Source: an uncultured delta proteobacterium (lineage in GTDB: Bacteria > Myxococcota > Myxococcia > Myxococcales > Myxococcaceae). From it: 64,000 nt of DNA. Both the position numbers and the translations under genes were made by a program. The DNA is taken from NCBI GenBank assembly GCA_963713045.1, contig CAVQKE010000007.1:192001-256000 (forward strand). The letters run 5' to 3'. The notes under the pieces were generated by a model. It saw nothing but the letters and a program-made list of their open reading frames with translations. It made no database searches and was not told where the DNA came from. The first letter of the stretch is position 1. Each line of letters opens with the position of its first letter. Below, piece by piece: positions 1 to 10,798 of this stretch.

Positions 1-133
1 TGGCACCTCGGCCGTTTTGCTGAGCAGTACACGGAGTTGTTTGGCGAAGCGCCCCACGACACCTTGCGCCGCTCACAAGAGCCCGCTCAAAACCCGGAAT
101 CCTCGCCCGTCGCGTAGCATCGTTGTGCGTAGG

Positions 134-273
134 CGAACGTCGCCAAACGCCATTCCGAACGTATACCTCGGACGACCGGGGAGGCCCCCAGGAGCGGTCT
201 TGCGAGCGAAAGAATACCCCGGCCAATACCCGTGTGGACGTTCTAGAGCCCGGGGCCAGCTGCCCAAGGTCGG
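134..273 (+). repeat. Degenerate att element: type-A arm (CGAACGT repeats) plus truncated tRNA-Gly core
   Basis: cgaacgt..caaacgc..cgaacgt at 134-162, then ccaatacccgtgtggacgttctagagcccggggccagctgcccaaggtcgg, which matches the other arm copies and the start of the core. Confidence 0.7.
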
Positions 274-355
274 CCGACGATTTCGTACCGGTGCCTTGCC
301 CGATTTTCACCCGGGCCCGCCGGTGCCGGCCGGCAAGGGCGGGTCAGGTAAACCT

Positions 356-518
356 CGCAAACGGCCGCGCAAACGCCCTTCGGAGGGTATCCCCGAGGCT
401 CTAGGAGCTGCGCAGACCCCTGGTCTTACCCGTCCCCAAGACCCCATTGGTGCGTTTGCGGACCCCGGACAAGGTTCCCAAGCTCGGGGTCGCGGGTTCG
501 AATCCCGTCCGCCGCTCT
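356..518 (+). repeat. att element: type-B arm (CGCAAACG x2) plus tRNA-Gly(CCC) 3'-half core (475-518)
   Basis: ttcccaagctcggggtcgcgggttcgaatcccgtccgccgctct; arm closely similar to 34627-34740. Confidence 0.9.
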
Positions 519-645
519 CTGGAAGCAAACGGAATCACTGAGGTTTCCGAATCGCCGTTTGCAGCTCCCTTAGCACTAGCCTCTCGGAATGTTTGATGCG
601 TGTCGATTGACGGGAGAAGCGACCGCTTGCGCATTTCCGCCCCCG
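519..645 (-). pseudogene. Tyrosine integrase C-terminal tail remnant
   Basis: Minus frame GAEMRKRSL...SVIPFASRERRTGFEPATPSLG aligns with the tail that follows the catalytic Tyr in the 31707-31892 remnant. Confidence 0.65.
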
Positions 646-650
646 CCCGT

Positions 651-2069
651 TCAGAATTTGGGGGCTACCTGGATGCGCTTTTGGCGTGCGGCCGTCTTAA
701 GCGCCTCGAAGTCGCGGTCCGTTTGGTCTGCATACGCGAACGCGAAGGACGTCAGGGCCTCGTCCAAGACATCGCTCTTGCCCGCGTAACCCGCAATCAT
801 TGCGGCATCGCCAGACTTGGCGTGCGCCAAGGACAACGCCCACCCACAAAGCATCGCATAGTCCTCTATCCCTTGAGGCCGCCAGTTCTCGGGGTCGAGC
901 TCCAAGCTCCCCTTCATGTCCCTGAGCTGGCGAAAGTAGAAATCATGCCCTTCGCTCTCACACCACCCGAGGAAGATGTCAGGGGCGCCTTGAATCAGGC
1001 GTTGCCCCTCCACAACGCGACGACCTTGGTGGTGGAATTTTTCGGTCTTGAAATATGGGGCGAGGACTGAGGGCTGAGCCTCCTTCACCTGGAGAAAGAG
1101 CGGGTCGGACTCGCTCGCGCCCTGAAGAAGCAGCACCCAGCACCGCGTCCCGACACTCCCTACTCCAACTACCTTTCGCGCCACATCGACCAGGCGGTAC
1201 TTCGATACGAGGGTCTTTCGGTCCTGAGCGAGCGAGTTCATGTAACGCTCGAGAACGGGGCCCAGCACTTCGGCAATGGGCGTACCCTTTTGGGTGCGTG
1301 TCTCCCGGACGACGAAGGGAGCTTCTTCGATGATGCGCTGCTTGTCGTCCACGAGCGCCGTCATCTTCTCCAGGACTTGTAGGTGGCCTCGCTTCTTCGC
1401 CTTTGCGAATATTTGCTCAGCCTTCTCCCGGACCTCCGGGGACAACGAAGCGAGCAAGTCCTTGTCTTTGATGGTCGCGTACCAGAGTTGTAGATGCCCC
1501 ATCTCGGCGTACTCACGCATTCGCTCGCGATAGGAACTCACTGCACTTCGGGCTGCCGTCTCAGCCACGAGGCGGTCTCCTCCGAGGAAGCGGACGGCCA
1601 CGACGATGCTGGCCACGAGGCGTTTGAGGTCCCATTCCCACGGTCCTGGGAGCGTTTCGTCGAAGTCGTTAATGCCAAAGACGAGATTGCGCTCCGCCGA
1701 GGCGAATACGCCAAAGTTGGATAGGTGCATGTCGCCGCAGGCCTGCACGGTGATGCCCGTGAGAGGCGAGCGGCTCAGGTCATGTGCCATCACGGCAGCC
1801 GAGCCGCGCAGGAACGCGAAGGGCGACGTCAACATCCGCGCGTAGCGCACCGGAATGAGCTGGGGCAGCCGAGTCTTGGCCTGCGCTTCAAGGATGGCGA
1901 CCGGGTCCTTTCGGCGGGGCGGCGGCTGAAAGGGAGCGAGACCCTCTCGTGGGACCTCGACCCGAAGCGCCTTTCCGGCCGCGAGACGCTCCTCAACCCC
2001 AGGCACGGGCCTCAGGAATTGTGCAAGCTTCCCCCGAGAAGCACTCCTACGCGCAGCTTGCCTGCTCAT
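651..2069 (-). CDS. DUF2252 domain protein
   Basis: Motifs RYARMLTSPFAFLRGSA, CGDMHLSNFG, INDFDE, KVVGVGSVG, FYFRQLRDMK. Confidence 0.9.
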   Translation of the reverse strand: MSRQAARRSASRGKLAQFLRPVPGVEERLAAGKALRVEVPREGLAPFQPPPRRKDPVAILEAQAKTRLPQLIPVRYARMLTSPFAFLRGSAAVMAHDLSRSPLTGITVQACGDMHLSNFGVFASAERNLVFGINDFDETLPGPWEWDLKRLVASIVVAVRFLGGDRLVAETAARSAVSSYRERMREYAEMGHLQLWYATIKDKDLLASLSPEVREKAEQIFAKAKKRGHLQVLEKMTALVDDKQRIIEEAPFVVRETRTQKGTPIAEVLGPVLERYMNSLAQDRKTLVSKYRLVDVARKVVGVGSVGTRCWVLLLQGASESDPLFLQVKEAQPSVLAPYFKTEKFHHQGRRVVEGQRLIQGAPDIFLGWCESEGHDFYFRQLRDMKGSLELDPENWRPQGIEDYAMLCGWALSLAHAKSGDAAMIAGYAGKSDVLDEALTSFAFAYADQTDRDFEALKTAARQKRIQVAPKF

Positions 2070-2419
2070 CACGTGTCCTTTCAAAGACTGCGAGCGACAA
2101 AGCCTGACGCTAGGCCCCCAGCCCGCAGGTCCGCTTGCATTAAAACGGTTTGTTTACGGAGAGTCCTAGCGAGACTGACGACCAGTGTACTCAGGCTGAG
2201 CAGCCAATTGGGGCCCTGCCGGCCATCAATTGAATGGCTCGGCATGACTGTCGTGTACGAGAGTCCTGCTGGAAGACACCAGCCGACGAATTGTTCAGGA
2301 GCAGCCGAGTCACGCTACGAGAGGCTCAGCCGATGGAACCCTCCTCGTCGTTTCGGAGCGACACCTACAAGAGCGTGTCTATCCATTGGGCGCAAATAGG
2401 CCTCGCCCAAGTCCGGTGG

Positions 2420-3481
2420 ATGCTCGTGGCACTGGCCGGAGTCATGCCGGTCGCGACGCTCGCCGCAGGGCCATCGGACCCAGCTGGGCCCCTAAAAGTT
2501 GTCACCCAACCAATTGCACCCTTCGTCCTGAAAGACGGAGACCGGCTGAGCGGTTTCAGCGTCGATTTGTGGAATGCGGTGGCGCTTCGCGCGGGCATCC
2601 AGTTCACCTGGAAAGTCGTCGCAACGCCCATCGAGTTGCTCGACGCAATCCGCAGCGGCGACGCCGACGTAGCCATTGCGGCGATTGCCATCACGCCGCA
2701 GCGCGAGCAAATGGTGGACTTCACGCACCCCTACCTCAACTCGGGCTTACGAATCATGGTCCACGCCAGGAGCGACGGTGCATTTTCAGATTCACTCCGG
2801 GCCATCCCATGGCTGGCTATCGCGAAGCTTTTGGGCATATGCACTCTCATCGTCTTTCTGCTGGCGAACGTCCTGTGGCTCGTCGAAAAACGTAGGAATC
2901 CTGATTTCAAAGGGGGATATTTTCCGGCGATTGGGGAAGCCCTTTGGGGTACGATGCTGATTGTCGCCACCGGCGAGCACGGCGAGCGCAATGCTCCGGG
3001 AGCGCTCAAGCGCATAACAGTGGTTGTGATGTGGCTCTTGGGAGTTCTTCTAATCGCTCAGTTGACTGCAACGGTGACCTCCTCGCAGACTGTGCAGCGC
3101 CTCCAGTCAGAGATTCGTGGACCTGACGACTTGCCAGGCAAGGTCATCGCAACTGTCTCGGGCACTATTGCGGCCGACTACCTGACGAACCGGGGCTTGC
3201 CTTTCGTTGGCGTGACCGATGCGGACGATGCAATCAAGAAGCTTCTCCGGACCGACGTGCAGGCCGTTGTCTTCGCTGCGCCGACGCTGCAGTACTGGGT
3301 TGCCAAACGTGGCCAGGGTGTTCTTCAAGTCGTCGGCCCGGTTTTTGAGCCCGAGAGAATAGGAATCGCTGTCCCGGAGGGCAGCCCGCTTCGCAAGCGC
3401 ATCAACACGGCAATGGACGAGCTCTATGAAGACGGAAGCTATGAGGAAATCTACTCTCGGTGGTTCACGCCGGCGAACTGA
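2420..3481 (+). CDS. Solute-binding (family 3) plus two-TM pore fusion; GluR0-like ligand-gated ion channel
   Basis: S1 (GFSVDLW..AIAITPQREQMVDFTHPY), TM, pore segment, TM, S2 (GPDDLPGK..IAVPEGSPLRKRIN); start uncertain. Confidence 0.8.
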   Translation: MLVALAGVMPVATLAAGPSDPAGPLKVVTQPIAPFVLKDGDRLSGFSVDLWNAVALRAGIQFTWKVVATPIELLDAIRSGDADVAIAAIAITPQREQMVDFTHPYLNSGLRIMVHARSDGAFSDSLRAIPWLAIAKLLGICTLIVFLLANVLWLVEKRRNPDFKGGYFPAIGEALWGTMLIVATGEHGERNAPGALKRITVVVMWLLGVLLIAQLTATVTSSQTVQRLQSEIRGPDDLPGKVIATVSGTIAADYLTNRGLPFVGVTDADDAIKKLLRTDVQAVVFAAPTLQYWVAKRGQGVLQVVGPVFEPERIGIAVPEGSPLRKRINTAMDELYEDGSYEEIYSRWFTPAN

Positions 3482-3927
3482 GCGGCTTGGATTAGTTCGC
3501 TCCGCCTCATGCCCTCCAAGACCCGCACCTCCTGCCATGGCGTCCGATGGCTCTCTCGGCGGTTAGTGCCATCGCTGCCGGGACTCCACTTGCGCGGTCA
3601 GTGATGGCGACGAATGAGTTGGCGCGCCACCCCAACGTCGTAGTCCGGCTCGCGGTGTGACAATTGCGTGAACAGCCACTCTGCGGCCTAGCCAGATCGC
3701 GATGATCCATCCCCGCTTCCGGAGCGACAGTCGGCGGCCAAGGGGCCGAGTGAGTTCGGTGTACTAGGCCCGAATGGATTCGCCGGTCGATTCTCGCACT
3801 GTCCTCCGTTGGCAAGATCCACACGCCGCTCTAAAGCGCGGTTGAAACTGGATTTGCTAGCGATCGAGTTTCAACCGACCTATGACCTTGTCGGGGCCGA
3901 GTTGGCGTCGGCACCGGAGGGACCACC

Positions 3928-5601
3928 ATGTCCAAATTTCGACTCTTCCAACTTGCTCGGATGCTTCTCGCTGGGCTCGTCGCGACTCTCGGAACTGCGG
4001 AGCTCGCGCGGGCGCAGGGGAAGCCCAACGTCGTTATTCTCATGACCGACGACACTGGCTGGGCCGACTTCGGCTACGTCAATGGCGGAGGCAAAGGCTT
4101 GGGTCATCCCACGCCGAACATTGACCGCGTCGCCAAGGAGGGCGCAGCGTTTTCGAACTGGTACGGCCAGGCGAGCTGCACCGCGGGTCGGGCCTCCTTC
4201 ATGACCGGACGGATCCCCATCCGCTCGGCACTCTCAATCGTGGTCGCCCCCGGTGATCCGAACGCCCTGAAGAAGGAGACTCCGACGATTGCGGAATTCT
4301 TCAAGAAAAACGGCTATTCGACCTACTACTCGGGGAAATGGCACATGGGCGACAAGCCCGACGCCTATCCAATCGAACACGGCTTCGACGAGATGAAGCA
4401 TTTCGCCGCCTATTACCCGGGCGTCTATTCCTACAACGACACGTCGCCCCGCATGCATCCGTGGTTCCCGTCATACAACGCGGAGTTCAACAAGATGTAT
4501 GACACCGTAGTAAACTTGGGCGAGTGGGAGGGGGTTTCGGGAAAACCAGCCACCAGGACTGGCACTATCAACTGGGATTATCTAGCGATGTTCGACGTGC
4601 GTCAGGCAGATTCGGCGGTTGCTTATATTAAAGCACACGCAAAAAGCAGCAAGCCGTTCTTCATGGACATCAACTTCATGAAGATGCACAACCCGAACAA
4701 TCCGGCACCGGAGTTCAGAGGGCGGACGCATCTTGGAAACTACTCGGACGCCATGTTGGAACTCGACTCCAACATTGGCCGGATCATGGACGCTATCCGC
4801 GCAGAGGCACCCAACACCATAGTCGTCATCACTGCCGACAACGGTGCATGGCTAGATGCTTGGCCCGACGCGGGAACCACGCCATTCCGCGGCGAGAAGG
4901 GCTCCCCGTTTGAGGCCGGCTGGCGCGTTCCGGGTGTGATGTGGTGGCCCAACAAGATTCCAGCTGGTGCTCATTACGATGAAATGATGTCGCACATCGA
5001 CTGCTGGGCGACCTTGGCCGCGCTGGCCGGCATCACCCCGCCCCCAAAAGGCGAAATGAAGGATAACAATGGTAAGCCGATTTACTTCGATAGCATAGAC
5101 AACAGCGCCTATATTCTGGGGAAAGCGCCACACTCCGCACGAGACTCATGGATCTATATCGACGGCGAGACATTTCAGGCCGTACGGGCCGATATCGGCG
5201 GAGATCCCAAGGAGCCCTGGGTGAGAATCGCTTGGAAATACACCTATAGCGCAAAGGATTCGTGGCTCGGTGCAACCGCCGAGTTGGGTTCGATTGGCGC
5301 ACTCTATAATCTCACGATGGACCCGTACGAGAAGTATGACATGATCTTCAACGGAGCGGCGCCGGTGCGCGTGCTGTCGTCCTCGCCGGGTAAGTATTCG
5401 GGCGAGGACAACGGATGGGCCTTGGCGCTAGTATACCAGCCCCTCGTTGAATTCGATAAGTCGATTATTAAATATCCTAACATTCAGCGCGCTCCCGGTG
5501 GAGCATCGAACGACTTGGTGCCCAATCTTCAGAATCCGAAGAACCCGCTGCCTTATGCCGATCCTCACAAGACGCCTCCCGTCGGCGGTGGCGGCGGCTG
5601 A
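3928..5601 (+). CDS. Secreted arylsulfatase (Cys-type)
   Basis: Signal peptide, PNVVILMTDDTGW, SCTAGRAS (CxAxR), GKWH, DNG motifs; GGAGG RBS. Confidence 0.9.
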   Translation: MSKFRLFQLARMLLAGLVATLGTAELARAQGKPNVVILMTDDTGWADFGYVNGGGKGLGHPTPNIDRVAKEGAAFSNWYGQASCTAGRASFMTGRIPIRSALSIVVAPGDPNALKKETPTIAEFFKKNGYSTYYSGKWHMGDKPDAYPIEHGFDEMKHFAAYYPGVYSYNDTSPRMHPWFPSYNAEFNKMYDTVVNLGEWEGVSGKPATRTGTINWDYLAMFDVRQADSAVAYIKAHAKSSKPFFMDINFMKMHNPNNPAPEFRGRTHLGNYSDAMLELDSNIGRIMDAIRAEAPNTIVVITADNGAWLDAWPDAGTTPFRGEKGSPFEAGWRVPGVMWWPNKIPAGAHYDEMMSHIDCWATLAALAGITPPPKGEMKDNNGKPIYFDSIDNSAYILGKAPHSARDSWIYIDGETFQAVRADIGGDPKEPWVRIAWKYTYSAKDSWLGATAELGSIGALYNLTMDPYEKYDMIFNGAAPVRVLSSSPGKYSGEDNGWALALVYQPLVEFDKSIIKYPNIQRAPGGASNDLVPNLQNPKNPLPYADPHKTPPVGGGGG

Positions 5602-5966
5602 AGCGGATCTCAGACACCGAGGAGCATACATCTCCGGGATCGGCGACAGATCCGGGCGGCTGGGCCCGCGACGGCCAGCCACTTCCATTAGCGCCGAGAA
5701 CATTCTGCGAGACCCAAAGCAACTTCGGAAGTTCGCTCAGCGCGACCGCATGCAGAAAGCCAGGATCCCTCCCGGACCGCAAGGGCCACGGACGGCTCTA
5801 TCCGGCGTTTATAGTCTAGGTCGCTAGACCTCGACGGACGCTACGCATGCTCTGTGGGTGATAGCAACGCAGAAGCAGATGCATCACACAAAGCAGGCTT
5901 CCGGCGGGTGAATCAAGTAGTCAACGATGAACGGGCGCTGGCTGCGGGCGCCGGTCTATCGTTCAG

Positions 5967-7178
5967 GTGGGGGTCATAATGGTCGGGCACCCGGTGTTGT
6001 GGCTATTGGTTGCTGCCGTCGTTGGACCGTTGCTTGGCGAAATACCGCTCGGCTTTCGGGTCCCGGTCGTCGTCCTGGAAGTCATACTCGGAATCATTCT
6101 CGGCCCCCAGGCTCTGGGACTCGTGCGCTTCGAGGGATTCGTCGCGACGATGTTCACCTTCGGGATGGCGGCGTCGCTATTCAGCGCGGGCTTGGAGCTT
6201 GACTTCGCTCGAATCCGTGGCCGTCCGCTGTCACTAGCCATCCGTGGGTGGAGCATTTCGCTTGTGCTTGGGCTCGCTGTTACGGGTCTTCTTCACGCGA
6301 CGCCTTTGGTACACGCCCCGCTGATGGTCGCGCTGGCGCTGGCCACGACCGCTCTCGGGACCCTCCTGCCCGTCTTTCGCGACACTGGTCAACTCGACAC
6401 TCCCTTCGGACAGCTGTTTGTTGCCGCCGGCACTGTCGGCGAGGTTGGACCCATCATCGCGATGGCGCTCGTTCTGTCCCAGCGATACAGCTCCTGGTTG
6501 GAGTTTAGCTTCCTGATTGTGTTCGTCGCCGTCGTGCTTTCAGCGGCTGCTGTTGGCATGCGCGCTCGGCCTCCCCGCGTGGTAGCCCTACTCAGCCGCA
6601 CCATGCATGCGAGTAGTCAATTGCCGGTGCGCGTGGCCCTTTTGACGCTGGCCGCGTTCTTCGTGCTGTCCGAGGAATTTGGATTCGAAAGTATCCTCGG
6701 AGCCTTCGCTGCTGGAATGATTGTTGGGCTCGCAACCCGCGGTGCGGAGGGGGAGTCATTCCGTGAGAAAATCGATGCCGTCTTATTTGGCTGGTTCATG
6801 CCATTCTTTTTTGTGGGAACGGGCATCAAGTTCGATCTCAAAGCACTGACAAGAGACGTCACGACCGTCCTTCTGGTACCCACCTTTCTGCTGCTTTTCT
6901 TGCTTGTTCGAGGCAGTCCCGTGCTTCTGTACCGAAGAGACCTCTCGCGAACGGAGCGGTTCCCGTTTGCACTCTTCACCTCGGTAGCGTCGCTGTCGCT
7001 GGTTGTCGTCATCACGGAAATCGGCGTTCACGGTGGGCGGATGAGCCCAGACATCGCGGCTGCCCTGGTCGGGGCCGCCGTGCTCTCCGTTCTCCTCTTC
7101 CCGACGGTCGCAGGGGTCCTCCTGTCCAACGTGGCTCGTCGCGCACCTTCGAAGCCCGCTCCCTCACCGGCCAACTAA
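5967..7178 (+). CDS. Cation:proton antiporter (CPA2-like)
   Basis: About 12 TM segments, GLELDF, ILGAFAAG, FFMPFFFV. Confidence 0.85.
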   Translation: MGVIMVGHPVLWLLVAAVVGPLLGEIPLGFRVPVVVLEVILGIILGPQALGLVRFEGFVATMFTFGMAASLFSAGLELDFARIRGRPLSLAIRGWSISLVLGLAVTGLLHATPLVHAPLMVALALATTALGTLLPVFRDTGQLDTPFGQLFVAAGTVGEVGPIIAMALVLSQRYSSWLEFSFLIVFVAVVLSAAAVGMRARPPRVVALLSRTMHASSQLPVRVALLTLAAFFVLSEEFGFESILGAFAAGMIVGLATRGAEGESFREKIDAVLFGWFMPFFFVGTGIKFDLKALTRDVTTVLLVPTFLLLFLLVRGSPVLLYRRDLSRTERFPFALFTSVASLSLVVVITEIGVHGGRMSPDIAAALVGAAVLSVLLFPTVAGVLLSNVARRAPSKPAPSPAN

Positions 7179-7192
7179 ACCCCGTACACCGT

Positions 7193-7302
7193 AGAGTTAC
7201 TCGAAGACGGACGTTCGCAATCCTCTCCGGACGTGCGCGGAATTTCGGTGGAGGAGCTTCCCAAGCTCGGGGTGCGCGGGTTCGAATCCCGTCCGCCGCT
7301 CT
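7193..7302 (+). repeat. att element: type-C arm remnant plus tRNA-Gly core (7254-7302)
   Basis: gagcttcccaagctcggggtgcgcgggttcgaatcccgtccgccgctct; upstream 55 bp resembles 21247-21300. Confidence 0.9.
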
Positions 7303-7473
7303 AGTCTTGTCCCTGGGTCCAAATAGGCGAGCGAAGGTCGGGCCTCCATGACCTCAGTGGGGCGAGGTCCGCGCAAGCGTCTGACGCCGGGTCTCGGCGT
7401 CAGTCCCGAATCGTGTGTAGTTTACACTCGCGGTGCGGCCCTCGGGCGTCCTTGGCAGCGCAGCGGGACAGGG

Positions 7474-7860
7474 TCAGAGCAGAGCCAAGAGAATCAGGGC
7501 AAGCCCCACGAAAGCAACGTTCCACACAAAGGACCGGAGCAAGGGAAAAGCCGCGACGTACAGCGGAACGTAGGCGACGCGCGCAGCCAGGTAGAGTGTT
7601 GCGCCGGTCGCGCTCAACGTCCCTTCCCGTCCTGCGATGTGCACGACCAGTACCGCTGCTGCGAACAGCGGAAATGTCTCGAGGAAGTTGTGGAGTGCAC
7701 GTTCCAGTCGTCCCGCTGCCCCGAGGAGCGGCGGCCGGGGCTCCCGCGCGACGGCGGTCCACCGATATCCCACCTGAAGGCTGGCGGAGTGGGCCTGGAG
7801 CAGGATTTGGACCAGACCCAGCACAATGCTCCAAACCAAGATGCGTAGCTCGATGCTCAC
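7474..7860 (-). CDS. MAPEG family membrane protein
   Basis: RLERALHNFLETFPLFAAAVL, YLAARVAY; GTG start after GGAGG. Confidence 0.85.
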   Translation of the reverse strand: MSIELRILVWSIVLGLVQILLQAHSASLQVGYRWTAVAREPRPPLLGAAGRLERALHNFLETFPLFAAAVLVVHIAGREGTLSATGATLYLAARVAYVPLYVAAFPLLRSFVWNVAFVGLALILLALL

Positions 7861-8062
7861 GCGGCCACCCCTCCATGAGGATAGATTTCTGCCGTGCCGG
7901 AATGTGCTTTTTCGCCCCGGCTCGTCGGGACAGCCGCTGTGTTCCGAGAGAATTCTACTTTGGAGGTGCCCGCGCCGGCGAGGCGATGAGCGAGGTCGTT
8001 TTGGCCACTTTATGTACCCTTCAGAGGCGAAACCGGCCGGGCGCCACATTCTGGGGATGGGT

Positions 8063-8223
8063 CGAACGCACTCCCGAACGTACCGGCGGGAGCGTCTGGG
8101 AGCCCCGTCTTGAGGTCTCGCCGGGCTGCGAAGGGTACTGCCAAGACCCCGTGTGTACGTTCAAGAGCCCCGGCCGGGCTTCCCGAGCTCTGGGTCGCGG
8201 GTTCGAATCCCGTCCGCCGCTCT
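8063..8223 (+). repeat. att element: type-A arm plus tRNA-Gly core (8178-8223)
   Basis: cgaacgcactcccgaacgtacc...tacgttcaagagccc...gcttcccgagctctgggtcgcgggttcgaatcccgtccgccgctct. Confidence 0.92.
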
Positions 8224-8440
8224 CTCGAAGCAAACGGAATCGATGAATTTCCGAGTCGGCGTCTGCAGCTCCCCCACCGTCGCCTCTCGGAATGATTGAT
8301 GCGTGTCGCGCGAGATGACCCCCGCATCTCGCCTCGGTGGACACCCAAAACCGGCCACTGATTGACAGCTGAAAACCGGCCACCAGGAGTAGCGCTCCGA
8401 GACGTTGACGAGGCGGAAAGGACCGTGGTCCGCCGCCGGG

Positions 8441-10039
8441 ATGGCGAACGTCTTGAGCGAAGCGAAACGGCAACAGGTGGTGGCGCTGGGGCGGCTCGGC
8501 TGGTCGCTGCGACGGATTGAGGAAGAGACAGGCGTCCGCCGGGAGACGGCGAGCTCGTACCTCCGAGCAGCGGGTGTCCAGGTGCGATGTCGGGGTGGCC
8601 GCCCGGCGGCGTGGCCGCCAAAACCGGCCACCAGCGACGGGATGTCCACCGACTTCAGGGCAAAACCGGCCACCACAGAGGGGGTGTCCACCGACTTTGA
8701 AGCGAAAGAGTGGCCGCCGCGGCCTGGTCGCGCGCCCTCGGCGAGCGCCTGCGAGCCCTACCGCGAGCTCATTGCGGAGGCGCTCGGACGTGGCCGGAAC
8801 GCGATGGCCATTTGGCAGGACTTGGTGGACGACCACGGCTTTTCGGCCAAGTACGTGAGTGTGCGGCGCTACGTCGCCCAGCTCCGCGAAGTCGCACCGC
8901 CCGAGGCGCGAGTCGTCATCGTGACGGCGCCGGGGCAGGAGTCGCAGGTCGACTACGGCGACGGGCCCATGGTGCGAGACGCCGAGTCGCGGATGTACCG
9001 ACGGGCGCGTCTCTTCATCATGACGCTGGCCTATAGCCGAAAGTCCGTGCGCCTGCTGACGATGAAGTCGAGCGCGCGCATCTGGGCGGAGCTGCACGAG
9101 CGAGCTTTTCGCCGGCTTGGCGGCGTGGCGAGCGTCAACGTCCTCGACAACCTGCGTGAGGGAGTCCTCAAGCCGGACATCTATGACCCGACCCTCAACC
9201 CCGTCTACCGCGACATGCTCGCTCACTATGGAGTGGTAGCACTGCCCTGCCGGGTGAGGGACCCGGACAGAAAGGGAAAAGTCGAGTCGAGCATCGGGCA
9301 CGCCCAGCGGACTCCCCTCAAAGGGATGCGCTTCGAGCGCCTCGAGGAGGGGCAAGCTTACATCGACCGCTGGGACGCCCACTGGGCGGACACGCGCATC
9401 CATGGGACGACGAAGCGCCAGGTGGCGGCGATGTTTGCCGAGGAGAAGCCGTACCTCCGGCCGCTCCCGGTGGAGCCATTTCGCTACTACGAGTACGGCG
9501 AGCGCACGGTGCACCTCGACGGCTACGTCGAGGTGGAGGCGGCGTACTACGCCGCCCCGCCAGGATGGATTGGCCGCCGCGTGGCGGTGCAGTGGGACGG
9601 CGTGCGTGTCCGACTCCTGGACGCGAAAACGGGACAGCTCTTCCGCGAGTACCTACGGCAGCAGCGAGGCCGCCATGTCATCCGTGACGAGGACAGGCCG
9701 TCCAGGACTCCCCAAACGACGGTGGCGCTCCTCGGGCGTGCCCATGCCATCGGGCAGCACATTGGCGTCATGTGCGCGCACATCCACCGGCAGGACGGCG
9801 CGCTGGGCATACGGCGAATACTCGGCGTCCTCGCGCTCGCGAGGAAGCACGGCGCTGCAGTCGTCGACGATGCGGCAAAGACGGCGCTCGAACTCGGCGC
9901 TCCAAGCTACCGCTTCCTGCGGCGCTACCTCGACCGACGGCCGCCGGCTCCGCTGACGCTGCGGCAGGTCGACCCACTCATCCGTCAGCTGTCGCTTTAC
10001 CGAGCGCTCATCGAAACCAAGACACAGGAAACAGAATGA
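8441..10039 (+). CDS. istA: IS21 transposase IstA
   Basis: N-terminal HTH, PGQESQVDYG, VLDNLREGV, RKGKVE, RIHGTT. Confidence 0.92.
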   Translation: MANVLSEAKRQQVVALGRLGWSLRRIEEETGVRRETASSYLRAAGVQVRCRGGRPAAWPPKPATSDGMSTDFRAKPATTEGVSTDFEAKEWPPRPGRAPSASACEPYRELIAEALGRGRNAMAIWQDLVDDHGFSAKYVSVRRYVAQLREVAPPEARVVIVTAPGQESQVDYGDGPMVRDAESRMYRRARLFIMTLAYSRKSVRLLTMKSSARIWAELHERAFRRLGGVASVNVLDNLREGVLKPDIYDPTLNPVYRDMLAHYGVVALPCRVRDPDRKGKVESSIGHAQRTPLKGMRFERLEEGQAYIDRWDAHWADTRIHGTTKRQVAAMFAEEKPYLRPLPVEPFRYYEYGERTVHLDGYVEVEAAYYAAPPGWIGRRVAVQWDGVRVRLLDAKTGQLFREYLRQQRGRHVIRDEDRPSRTPQTTVALLGRAHAIGQHIGVMCAHIHRQDGALGIRRILGVLALARKHGAAVVDDAAKTALELGAPSYRFLRRYLDRRPPAPLTLRQVDPLIRQLSLYRALIETKTQETE

Positions 10040-10798
10040 ATCTCGTCGAGCTCGACCACGCCCTCAGAAAGCTGCGCCTCTCTGGCATGGCTGCCGTCCT
10101 GGAAACACGGCTACGCCAAGCGCAGACGGACAAAGCTGCTCCCATCGACTTGGTCTCGGCACTTGTCACGGACGAGCTGGTGCGCAGGGCAGGACCGTCT
10201 CTTTGCCCGTCGCTTGAAACAGGCGCGCTTCAGAGACGGGGACCGCGCCCTCGACAGCTTCGACTTCGACTTCAATAAGAAAATGAACCGGGCACTCATC
10301 TACGAGCTGGCCACCGCCCGCTTCGTCGCGCAGCGAGAGGACGTGCTCATGCTCGGCCCTCCCGGTACCGGCAAAAGCCATCTCGCGCAGGCACTTGGCC
10401 GCGCAGCAATACAGCAAGGGCACCGCGTCCTCTACCGTGAAGCGCACATCCTCATCGAGGAACTTGCGGATGCGAGTCTCGACGGGACGCGCAAGGAATA
10501 CCTCGCTGAACTCGCCGGCGTCCCTCTCCTCATCATCGACGACCTCGGGATGAGAAAGCTGCCGCACACCGCCGCAGAGGACTTGCTCGAGCTCATCATG
10601 CGCCGCTACGAGCGCGGCTCGACGGTGCTGACCTCGAACCGCCCCGTCGACGACTGGAGCAAGCTGCTCGGCGACACGGCCGCGGTGACCGCGCTCCTCG
10701 ACCGGCTGCTCCACCACGCCCACGTCTTGAAGTGCGGGCCTCGGAGCTGGCGCACCAAGGTCAGCCAGGATTTGCGCCAGGAGGAAGCTGCGACCTAA
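10036..10798 (+). CDS. istB: IS21 helper AAA+ ATPase IstB, frameshifted near 10190
   Basis: MNLVELDHALRKLRLSGM in one frame, then GPPGTGKSHLA, LLIIDDLG, LDRLLHHA in the next. Confidence 0.9.

Noticed and set aside
17..541. Plus-strand ORFs across att elements (for example 17..541, 34501..35004, 38140..38532)
   Set aside because: They are translations of the repeat (QARGRGFESRPPL, LPKLGVAGSNP) in GC-rich DNA with no other coding evidence.
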